Below are positions 37,826-45,755 of a stretch of 64,000 nucleotides of DNA, piece by piece. Location: the IMG/VR virus record IMGVR_UViG_3300037010_001838; one strand, 5' to 3'. The DNA is from a virus (taxonomy: Duplodnaviria; Caudoviricetes). The position numbers were made by a program, and so were the translations under genes. The notes under the pieces were generated by a model. The model ran no database searches. It was not told the origin of the DNA and was given only the letters and a program-made list of their open reading frames with translations. Each line of letters begins with the position of its first letter. Within the stretch, counting starts at the first letter, position 1.

Positions 37826-37858
37826 GCCTCGGCAGAGAAATCTCCCGAGGCTTTTTTT
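37826..37858 (+). terminator. attenuator terminator C
   Basis: GCCTCGG-CAGAGAAATCTC-CCGAGGC-TTTTTTT; alternative pairing with GCTGAGGC at 37767-37774. Confidence 0.9.
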
Positions 37859-37859
37859 A

Positions 37860-37875
37860 TGTTCTTTAAAAATTT
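37860..37875 (+). promoter_or_regulatory. boxA-like element C
   Basis: TGTTCTTTAAAAATTT. Confidence 0.7.
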
Positions 37876-37878
37876 AAT

Positions 37879-37952
37879 AGTCCCTTAACTCAATGGTAGA
37901 GTGCTGTCGTGACATGGCAGATACAGAAGTTCAATTCTTCTAGGGACTACCA
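37879..37952 (+). tRNA. tRNA-Val(GAC)
   Basis: CTGTC-GTGACAT-GGCAG, CCA. Confidence 0.85.
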
Positions 37953-37965
37953 AAGTTTCACTTGC

Positions 37966-38050
37966 TCCGGTCGGACTGGCTTGGTGAAGGTCTCGCACTG
38001 TTAATGCGAAGGCTCCGAAAGGAGGCGAGGTTCGATTCCTCGGACCGGAG
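37966..38050 (+). tRNA. tRNA-Asn(GUU) with long variable arm and extended acceptor helix
   Basis: TCGCA-CTGTTAA-TGCGA; V arm CTCC-GAAA-GGAG; flanks pair from 37957 to 38059; no CCA. Confidence 0.8.
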
Positions 38051-38065
38051 CAAGTGGAATTTAAT

Positions 38066-38140
38066 GGGGTGTTAGTGTCAGCGGAAGCACAGAAGACTTT
38101 TAATCTTTTAGGCTGGATTCGAATTCCAGGCGCCCTACCA
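38066..38140 (+). tRNA. tRNA-Lys(UUU)
   Basis: loop CT-TTT-AA, CCA. Confidence 0.9.
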
Positions 38141-38149
38141 AAATATAAT

Positions 38150-38223
38150 GCACCGCAAGCATTAAGGTGATGCAATAGGCTCTTACCCTGTAGAACACGG
38201 CTCAATACCGTGGCGGTGTACCA
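38150..38223 (+). tRNA. tRNA-Lys(CUU)
   Basis: ATAGG-CTCTTAC-CCTGT, CCA; atypical T loop. Confidence 0.8.
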
Positions 38224-38228
38224 TATTT

Positions 38229-38312
38229 CCATCCGACACCGAACTGGTACGGTACGAGACTTTTAATCTCGCGTCTTTGACTATGAGGGTTCGAATCCCT
38301 CCGGGTGGACCA
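38229..38312 (+). tRNA. tRNA-Lys(UUU) with variable-arm hairpin
   Basis: CGAGA-CTTTTAA-TCTCG; V region GTC-TTT-GAC; A73, CCA. Confidence 0.8.
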
Positions 38313-38433
38313 ACATATATAACAAGGAAACGAGGTAGTTGACTATCAAAACGATTCTAACTATAATATTTTAAGAAGCATTTGGGGTTTTCTTAGTTGA
38401 GAGATTGATAAATACTCAAAATTGGAGTATTGT

Positions 38434-39072
38434 ATGAAGTTATTTGAAATTATTGGAGGAGAAGCTCTTCGAAAATCTGATAGTGTTAAAGTTAGAAATG
38501 GTTACACAGACACAGATTCATTAAAACGCCTTGGGGTTGGCCTTCAGGCTGTTGTAGTCGATAGAATAAAGAAGCCTGGAGTGGTAACAAAAGTCTTTGG
38601 TTTTAACACAGAAGAAGATGGGTATCTTCAATTCCTGCGGTTTATTCAAAAACACCAAAATAACCCCTTTTTACCTCGAATTTATAAAATTCGTCTGTAT
38701 CGGAAAGAGTTTGATATATACATCAATAGAACAGATTCTGTTTATGATAATACAGGAGTTGTTGACATGGAAAAATTATTACCATTAAATTCTCCTAAAA
38801 TTAAAGATGCTATTTCTCATCAACTTCAGGCACTCGGAATGAATGAACAGTTTGCCGAAAGTCTTGCAACGAGCCAATTGATTAATTATTATCATGATGC
38901 TGTTGTTAACAAAAAAATTGAGCGCAACGCTCAATTTGAAGAAGTTGTTAATTTCTTACGCACGTATGGTGCTATAGCAGATTTAGACTTACATTCAGGA
39001 AACATTATGGCAAGGTTAACTTCTGTTGGTCCCCAGTTAGTTCTAATTGACCCTATTTGGAAACCTGATTAA
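38434..39072 (+). CDS. protein-kinase-like protein with capsid-targeting-like N-terminus
   Basis: LGVGLQAVV, VVTKV, DLHSGNIM, LVLIDP; MKLFEI start after TAAATA. Confidence 0.75.
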   Translation: MKLFEIIGGEALRKSDSVKVRNGYTDTDSLKRLGVGLQAVVVDRIKKPGVVTKVFGFNTEEDGYLQFLRFIQKHQNNPFLPRIYKIRLYRKEFDIYINRTDSVYDNTGVVDMEKLLPLNSPKIKDAISHQLQALGMNEQFAESLATSQLINYYHDAVVNKKIERNAQFEEVVNFLRTYGAIADLDLHSGNIMARLTSVGPQLVLIDPIWKPD

Positions 39073-39122
39073 AAATATCTGTTGACCCTTTAATCGTTTC
39101 TGTATATAATATTCCTTAATAT

Positions 39123-39198
39123 GTCCCGTTAGCTCAGTTGGATAGAGCACTTGTGTGACATGCAATATACGGCAGTTCAATTCTGCCGGGGACTACCA
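39123..39198 (+). tRNA. tRNA-Val(GAC), acceptor stem out of register
   Basis: loop GT-GAC-AT as at 37879; CCA; imperfect acceptor. Confidence 0.55.
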
Positions 39199-39208
39199 AA
39201 GTTTCAAG

Positions 39209-39326
39209 TGTTCCAGTTGAGCCGCGGGGTGTGGCAGCGGACTGATGCAAAAGCCCCTTCTAACGAGGAGGCTTTGATTAATCCGTGACGAAAGTCTAGT
39301 TTGGTTCGACACCAAAAACTGGAGCA
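39209..39326 (+). ncRNA. atypical tRNA-like RNA with 10-bp acceptor and elongated central arm
   Basis: TGTTCCAGTT/AACTGGAGCA, D-like CCGC/GCGG, GAC-GAAA-GTC arm, T arm TTTGG-TTCGACA-CCAAA. Confidence 0.6.
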
Positions 39327-39341
39327 GTTGGAATTTTATAT

Positions 39342-39457
39342 GGAGGTCTAGCCTAGTGGATAGGCACCGGACTTATTCGAGCATCTGCGAAATCGGGTGT
39401 TCCTGTTAATCCGGACCGTAATGGTATAGCGTGAGTTCGAATCTCCGGGCCTCTACC
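39342..39457 (+). tRNA. tRNA-Asn(GUU)-like with 31-nt hairpin insertion in the anticodon loop
   Basis: CCGGA-CT[39374-39404]GTTAA-TCCGG; V arm hairpin; imperfect T stem. Confidence 0.7.
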
Positions 39458-39466
39458 GAATTATTT

Positions 39467-39530
39467 GGATTGCAAGCATTAAGATGGTGCAGTGAGCTTT
39501 CACCTCACAGAACACGGATTGTTGTTGTGG
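39467..39530 (+). pseudogene. tRNA-Glu(UUC)-like 5' portion, 3' end lost
   Basis: GTGAG-CTTTCAC-CTCAC anticodon arm intact; no acceptor 3' strand. Confidence 0.55.
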
Positions 39531-39601
39531 AAGTATACCAGTGTAACGGATAACACACTCGTCTTTCGTATAAATAAATAAATACAAATCGGAAGATCGT
39601 A

Positions 39602-40426
39602 TTGGTGAGAAGAAACAAGCAGTGTGATAAGTGTGGAGATTTAATCTCACTATCGAATATATCAAAACACGAGAAATCGTGTAATGGGACGGGTAAAACA
39701 AATAAACCAAAATTGTTATGTTGTCCGTATTGTAACATAAACTTGGCCGAACACTACCTAACTACACCCAGTCGCCGAGCAAATCACGTTAGGTGGTGTA
39801 TTGATAACCCAAAGCATGATGAATATATAGATAACCTTAACATTCACCTTGATAACGCACGTCGCACAGTAATATCCACCCCAGAAGAAGTTAAACGCCG
39901 GGCTTTACTTGTATCACAAAGACACAAAGAAGGTCGATATGAGCAAGCACACAAAGATAGAATAGGTAAAACAGGTAAAAAACATACCCCTGAGACAAAA
40001 GCAAGATTATCAAACATCAGAAAAGAATGGCTTAAAAACAATCCAGACAAACATCCGTGGAAACGTCCTGGAAAAAATATATCAAAACCTTGTGAAGATT
40101 TTAAACAGTTGTTAACAAATAATGAATATGAATATACGTCAGAATTTCAACCGTTGCAAACAAGATATTTCTCTATTGATATTGTATTCCCTCAGTATAA
40201 AGTAGGAATAGAAATAAACGGAAACCAGCACTACAACAGAGATGGTACACTGAAGACATATTACCAAAACAGGCATGATCTAATAGTAACTGATGGTTGG
40301 GTGTTGTTTGAATTGCCATATTATGAAGTATACAGTCAGGATTCAGTTGACATTATGATGTGTTTACTGGATAATCTACTTATATTAAATGGAAATAACC
40401 AGGCTCTTCTAAAGCCTCATTCGTGA
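39602..40426 (+). CDS. putative homing endonuclease (Zn finger, NUMOD3-like, DUF559/Vsr-type domain)
   Basis: GKKHTPETKARLS; YFSIDIVF...IEINGNQHY. Confidence 0.8.
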   Translation: MVRRNKQCDKCGDLISLSNISKHEKSCNGTGKTNKPKLLCCPYCNINLAEHYLTTPSRRANHVRWCIDNPKHDEYIDNLNIHLDNARRTVISTPEEVKRRALLVSQRHKEGRYEQAHKDRIGKTGKKHTPETKARLSNIRKEWLKNNPDKHPWKRPGKNISKPCEDFKQLLTNNEYEYTSEFQPLQTRYFSIDIVFPQYKVGIEINGNQHYNRDGTLKTYYQNRHDLIVTDGWVLFELPYYEVYSQDSVDIMMCLLDNLLILNGNNQALLKPHS

Positions 40427-40448
40427 TTCGATTCCACGGCGGGGCCAC
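40375..40448 (+). pseudogene. tRNA-Arg(UCU) remnant overlapping the endonuclease 3' end
   Basis: AGGCT-CTTCTAA-AGCCT and a T-like arm; 5' acceptor strand lost. Confidence 0.5.
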
Positions 40449-40766
40449 TTACAACACATGAAGGTCACACGAAACACACTACTATTCCAGCAGGTTATCG
40501 GTTGACAGTCAAATCTTGGGAAAACGATGGAGACCACAACAAAACTACAGTAACAGCAGGTCTCTCAAATGGACGAAATTGTTGATCTAACACTAAGATA
40601 CTACGACCAGATCGCTATAAGGTCAGCAGTGAAACTGTTTTGAGATATAGGTAAAAATCAACAACTACTAACTAATTTTGTAGTTCTAGTAGTTGGTCTT
40701 CTTTTGATTCGGATTCCAGTAGTGCGTCATTTGACTGACGGTGGTGGTTCTTCAGAAGGATGGTAA

Positions 40767-41339
40767 TTAAGACGGTTTTGTAATTGATAAAAACACCTTC
40801 ATTATTTCAGGATCGAATTTAGTTCCAGTTTCTGTTTTTAAGGTTTCAATTGCTTCTTCGTGTGTCAATGAACAATGGTACGTTCTATGAGATACTAAAG
40901 CATCATATGCGTCAACAATACTAACAATTCGGGAATTTAGCGGGATATCCTTACCAACGAGTTGGTCGGGGTATCCTTCCCCGTTAAACCATTCGTGATG
41001 ATGCCGAACAATTGTTCCTGCTTCAATACACCCTTCAACACCCAAAGCATTGACAATCTGTTGACCAATAACTGTATGGGTTTTCATCTTCTCCCACTCT
41101 TTTTCAGTTAATGAAGATGTTTTTAATAAAATACTATCAGGTATCCCTATTTTTCCAATGTCATGAAAACATGCCCCCATTTTAAGAACATGAAAATCCT
41201 TTTCTGTAATCTTAAGTTCTTGTGCTAATAATCTCGCAAGTTCACACACTCGTTCAGAATGAAGTCCTGTAACGATGTCCCGTTCCTTTAATGCTAATGA
41301 TAAACTGTGGACAGTCGTGTCCAAAACTGTTTTCTTCAT
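40767..41339 (-). CDS. HD-GYP cyclic-dinucleotide phosphodiesterase
   Basis: HSERV, FHDIGKIGIPDSILLK, HHHEWFNGEGYP, IVDAYDAL. Confidence 0.95.
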   Translation of the reverse strand: MKKTVLDTTVHSLSLALKERDIVTGLHSERVCELARLLAQELKITEKDFHVLKMGACFHDIGKIGIPDSILLKTSSLTEKEWEKMKTHTVIGQQIVNALGVEGCIEAGTIVRHHHEWFNGEGYPDQLVGKDIPLNSRIVSIVDAYDALVSHRTYHCSLTHEEAIETLKTETGTKFDPEIMKVFLSITKPS

Positions 41340-41663
41340 AAGTTGACTTTAATGTTTAAATAGTGTATAATATTTATTGAATTGTAACAAAATAATTTAT
41401 ATGTAAGGAGTGTTAAGTGTTAGTAATATTCACGAGAGGATGTTAAATTGACAAATTATAAACTCAACAACTTTATAAAATCTTAAGGAAACAAAAAATG
41501 ATTATTTTTTCACTTGTAACATTTATTATTTTATATGTTTTTGTAAGTGTTGGTTGGTTCATTACAACCAACAGTAAGACACTTGCTAATGCCCCTTTGT
41601 GGTGGGAACGGATTTTAGCCGCACCTGTTTTCGCTATTCTGCGGGCAGCAAGTAAACTCATGG

Positions 41664-41942
41664 GTGATGAATAATATGACAATATTTTGGGTTATATTAG
41701 GAATTTTAATATACACAGGATTAAACATTTGGTGGTTTTTAAGTATGATGGGATATAAATTTCGTAAAGGTGAATGTACAGATTGGATTTTTGGTTTTCC
41801 AACATATGTAATCGCATGCTGTTTTGGTCTTTATTATAAGATAAGAGAGAAAAATAATATGTTACTTAATTTGTTCCCTTTTGATCCAGCGAAACAAGCT
41901 GGAAGATATGCTGGAACACCAAAACCAACAGGATGTGTATAG
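41664..41942 (+). CDS. small membrane protein
   Basis: hydrophobic N-terminus. Confidence 0.45.
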   Translation: MMNNMTIFWVILGILIYTGLNIWWFLSMMGYKFRKGECTDWIFGFPTYVIACCFGLYYKIREKNNMLLNLFPFDPAKQAGRYAGTPKPTGCV

Positions 41943-42146
41943 ATGAAACAACCAAAATACCTTTTCTATTTTTCAGGATATGTTACGACTTCCGACAAAA
42001 CTCGAGGAACAGAAATTGGTGAAGATGATATACAAGCTGTGATATCAACAGACACAGAAGACCCAAGAAATTCATGTTCTTTAAATTCTCCTGTGTTTAT
42101 CAGTAAACTGTTGCTTAACAGCGATTGGTGAACAAGGAGAATTAAT

Positions 42147-42368
42147 ATGGGGTGGTGTGGCGGAACAATCGTGTTTGATAAGGTTTGTGACATTTTAATA
42201 GGTGAAAATCCTGTTACAGACAAAAAACAGTTTTTACGACATTTAATTAGCGAACTTGAAGATATGGATTGGGACTGTGAAAGTGACAGCAATTATTGGG
42301 AAAATCCACTAGTTCGAGAAGTGTTCAAAGAATTACACCCAAATTGGTTCGAAGAGGATGAAGAATGA
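42147..42368 (+). CDS. hypothetical protein
   Basis: AAGGAG RBS; DMDWDCESD motif. Confidence 0.7.
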   Translation: MGWCGGTIVFDKVCDILIGENPVTDKKQFLRHLISELEDMDWDCESDSNYWENPLVREVFKELHPNWFEEDEE

Positions 42369-42613
42369 TGTTTACGCTTGATGAAAAACAACTAGAAAGA
42401 CTTTACGTGTGGCAGGATGAAATATACGAAAAAGCTTTTAACTCTCAATCAGACCTACCTCCTGGACTTTCAATGAAAGGAGCTCCATATTATGGGGTGA
42501 TTGGAGGTGGGTTAACTTACAAGTTTACTCCAACCAGTCTTGGGATAATTGTGAAAGTTCAAGAGGCAGTAACTGGAGAAGAAATTGATCTCACAGATTA
42601 CGATTCGTGGTAA
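42365..42613 (+). CDS. conserved phage hypothetical protein
   Basis: GVIGGGLTYKFTPTSLG...IDLTDYDSW motif. Confidence 0.75.
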   Translation: MMFTLDEKQLERLYVWQDEIYEKAFNSQSDLPPGLSMKGAPYYGVIGGGLTYKFTPTSLGIIVKVQEAVTGEEIDLTDYDSW

Positions 42614-42646
42614 GATAAATATATTATCCATACAAAGGAAACTACC

Positions 42647-42934
42647 ATGAAACTAAAACAACTTTTTGAAAATAACAGAGCAGAAACTGTACCAGTTGAA
42701 ATTGATTACACCCACGAAACTGAAAATGAAAACGATAAGATTACTTTTGAACTTGAAGTAACAATTACCCCCGATGGTTATGGTACTGGTGATAGTCCCA
42801 CAGATTATCAAGTCCACATTACAGACGCTTTTTATAAAAACGACCACGCAAAAAAATTCAATTGGAAAAAAGAATTGAACAGCAAAGAAGTTACATGGAT
42901 TGAAGATAAAGCTATTAGGAAAGCTCAATCATAA
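42647..42934 (+). CDS. late protein with capsid-targeting-like N-terminus
   Basis: TAAATA upstream; MKLKQLFE. Confidence 0.7.
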   Translation: MKLKQLFENNRAETVPVEIDYTHETENENDKITFELEVTITPDGYGTGDSPTDYQVHITDAFYKNDHAKKFNWKKELNSKEVTWIEDKAIRKAQS

Positions 42935-43504
42935 ATGTCACAAATCATATTTATAGACATCGACGGACCACTACTTCCACGTAGAGCTTGGTGTCTACCT
43001 GAAAATATTCAACTTTTAAATGAATCCCGAAAATCTGGAAATCATCCCTTTAGACACAAGGATTTACACAACATTGTTAAATTTGACCCAATTGCCGTCA
43101 GTTTCTTTAACACGTGGACAGAGAACAATGATGTTGTTGGAGTTATTTCATCAAACTGGTTTCATTATGCGTCTCGAGAACAAATTGAACTGACGTTCAA
43201 AAACAACAATTTGAAAATTCAGTTACACCAAAATTGGCACACACCAAGAGCCGGTGATGGTGGGAGAACTGAAGAAATAAAACGTTGGTTGGATGTTCAT
43301 TATGTTGACAATTTCATCATCGTTGATGATGACCCTGACTTAATAAGTCCGTCTGCTTCCATATTAATACCTGATATTGAATCACATCTACTTTATATAC
43401 AGTATGAGATTGGCTTGACATTGGAACACCACGCTCGGGCTTGTAACCTACTAAACGTGGATTTTTCCCATCAAGGATTACCGAAATTAACATATCAAAT
43501 ATAA
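42935..43504 (+). CDS. HAD-superfamily phosphatase (RNA-repair-associated type)
   Basis: IFIDIDGPL, ISSNW, R.EEIKRWL, FIIVDDD. Confidence 0.8.
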   Translation: MSQIIFIDIDGPLLPRRAWCLPENIQLLNESRKSGNHPFRHKDLHNIVKFDPIAVSFFNTWTENNDVVGVISSNWFHYASREQIELTFKNNNLKIQLHQNWHTPRAGDGGRTEEIKRWLDVHYVDNFIIVDDDPDLISPSASILIPDIESHLLYIQYEIGLTLEHHARACNLLNVDFSHQGLPKLTYQI

Positions 43505-43511
43505 ATTAAAA

Positions 43512-44633
43512 GTGGAACATTTACACGATATTTATACCAAAAAAGGTGACACCTATTTGGATAATCTTTTGAATGATACTGTGGTTATCAACGTGAAGAT
43601 TGACCAGTGTGCATTTGTAATTAAGAAGAATGATGGAATATTTTCTTACCACGGAAGAGAAGGTCGTGGGGAAATTAATAACATAAAACGTTCAACGATG
43701 GACATTTATGAAGATTGCATTCATCATGTTGAGCCTCTTTTATCCAACAAAATTCCAGATAATTCTGAAATATATTTGGAATTGTTTAACGAAAAACTAA
43801 AAACTAAAGTCCAATATTCAACTAAACCCAAAAACAACTTAATATTGTCATATATTAATCAGAGTGGTTCTACACTATTACCAACTAACCCTGAAAATAA
43901 ACGTATTGCATCTCTATTAGACATTTCTGAACCTCCTGTGTTGTTCAGTGGAAAATTATCAGAAAACCAGAAAAAACAAATTAAATCATTTGTTATAACG
44001 TCAGCAGAAGAACGAAAACACAAATATGGTGGAAAAGAGTTTATAGAATATATTATGTCTATATTCAAAACACCAGAACATTTAAGTTGGTTACACGAAG
44101 GGGGATATGAGGGGCTTGTATTTTACTTTGAAAACAATAAATGTTCTGCAAAACTTGTGGACCCACTGTTTACTTCAGATAAACAAGAAGAACGATATAA
44201 TGAAATGAGTGACTTTAAGAAACTGTTAACGGATATTATATTTCAACATTTAGAAGAGGACGTGGATCTATGTATAAAACATACTACATTCTCACTAGAC
44301 GAAACCACAGATGACACTTTTATTTACTTTATATCAAGATTAACGTTGTTAATGTGTATGATACACAGTGAAGAACTTAAAAACCTTAACCAATTTATGT
44401 TAGTTCAAAAGGAGCAACGTTTTTCTAACATAACGTATTCACTTCTTCCGTTGTTTATGGGTCCATTAATTAATAATTATCATTGGTGGGCTGAAGAATT
44501 ATACATCACTCTTGCCAATCTTTTACAAAAAGAAAAGAAAAGAATAAATATAAAACAAGGGTTAACACAAGAGCGAAAAGAAACTATTAATAGAATAGTT
44601 TCAGTGCTTCGTGAACAAGGAATAGTGAAATGA
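43512..44633 (+). CDS. ligase-like nucleotidyltransferase-fold protein
   Basis: VKIDQ (KxDG-like), YLELF, YEGLVF and AKLV resemble ligase motifs I/III/IV/V. Confidence 0.45.
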   Translation: MEHLHDIYTKKGDTYLDNLLNDTVVINVKIDQCAFVIKKNDGIFSYHGREGRGEINNIKRSTMDIYEDCIHHVEPLLSNKIPDNSEIYLELFNEKLKTKVQYSTKPKNNLILSYINQSGSTLLPTNPENKRIASLLDISEPPVLFSGKLSENQKKQIKSFVITSAEERKHKYGGKEFIEYIMSIFKTPEHLSWLHEGGYEGLVFYFENNKCSAKLVDPLFTSDKQEERYNEMSDFKKLLTDIIFQHLEEDVDLCIKHTTFSLDETTDDTFIYFISRLTLLMCMIHSEELKNLNQFMLVQKEQRFSNITYSLLPLFMGPLINNYHWWAEELYITLANLLQKEKKRINIKQGLTQERKETINRIVSVLREQGIVK

Positions 44634-45415
44634 TAAAGACGTTTAAACAGTATCTCATTGAAGAAGGACAAGAATATGATTTATTTGTGGGACGATTCCA
44701 ACCGTTCCACAAAGGGCACACTTCTATAATTGAATCTATGAAGAATCCTATAATCGCAGTTATTAGAGGCAAAAAATCTTCAGAAGATAAAGTTAACAAT
44801 CCATTATCGTTTAAACAACAAAAATCGTTAATACATGAAGTATTTCCTTCTGCAATTGTAATCGAAGTAATGAACGCTAACTTAAATGGAATGTTGTTTC
44901 ATTTAAAAAACGAAGGAAAACAAATTCGTGCAATTTATGCTGGTGAAGATAGAATTAAGCGATATAGAGAAATTGTTGAAGAAAGTAACAAAAAGACAGG
45001 ATTGAATATTCAAGTAAAACAAACACCCCGAATTACATCCGCAACAGATGTAAGAGAAGCAATTCGGTCGAATAATTTCGAAGAATATATACAGTTAATG
45101 CCTATGCAATTAGCTAATGAAGACACATTTATGAAATTACAATCATCTATGCTAATCGAACAACGAAATTCAGAATATCGTGCTTGGTCTGATATGAACG
45201 ATAGAGTAAAACTACGCCGGAAAGAATCAAGAGAAGAAGTAGAACAACGTGTAATTAAACAAATGCAAGACAGTAGAAGAGCGGCGGAACAAGAACGACT
45301 TAAAAGGGAATTAGAAGTTCACAAAACGGCTTTATCAAAAACAAAGCCTGGAACTCCTGCTCACGAAATAATCAAAAAGAAAATTGCACAACATGAACAA
45401 AAAATGAATAGTTAA
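44630..45415 (+). CDS. HxGH cytidylyl/adenylyltransferase-like protein
   Basis: FVGRFQPFHKGH, NPLSF, AGEDR, SATDVR. Confidence 0.85.
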   Translation: MIKTFKQYLIEEGQEYDLFVGRFQPFHKGHTSIIESMKNPIIAVIRGKKSSEDKVNNPLSFKQQKSLIHEVFPSAIVIEVMNANLNGMLFHLKNEGKQIRAIYAGEDRIKRYREIVEESNKKTGLNIQVKQTPRITSATDVREAIRSNNFEEYIQLMPMQLANEDTFMKLQSSMLIEQRNSEYRAWSDMNDRVKLRRKESREEVEQRVIKQMQDSRRAAEQERLKRELEVHKTALSKTKPGTPAHEIIKKKIAQHEQKMNS

Positions 45416-45463
45416 CTGTTCATTTTTTGTTTGTAAATACAATCAACGACAAACAAAGCAAAC

Positions 45464-45712
45464 ATGAACACACGCCTATTAACAGACTTAATCACAGACT
45501 TAATTGAGTCTATCAAGAACAACGACGATTATATGTCAAAATCACGAAAGTTCAATGAACTGGCACGATATATTGGTCCAGTTGAGTTAAATGGTCTTCG
45601 TGAAGCATGGGGATACTTTGAAGCTCCAAGTTCTATGGTATATTCATATGCGTTTGACGACACTTTCGATTATCTCCTCCAAAAATATAAGGGTATACAA
45701 ATTAGCAGTTGA
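45464..45712 (+). CDS. hypothetical protein
   Basis: 82-aa ORF. Confidence 0.5.
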   Translation: MNTRLLTDLITDLIESIKNNDDYMSKSRKFNELARYIGPVELNGLREAWGYFEAPSSMVYSYAFDDTFDYLLQKYKGIQISS

Positions 45713-45755
45713 CATTTCTTCGTTTGAGGGGTAAGGTATTATCGCATTATTAACT

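Noticed and set aside
39230-39300. Hammerhead ribozyme (CTGATG...GAAA)
   Set aside because: The core is CTGATGC, not CUGAUGA, the stems do not fit the topology, and a tRNA-like fold explains the region better.
40450-40760. Group I intron core or ncRNA downstream of the endonuclease
   Set aside because: No recognisable P7 or other core; the region reads as a decayed protein-coding remnant (TVKSWENDGDHNKTT...).
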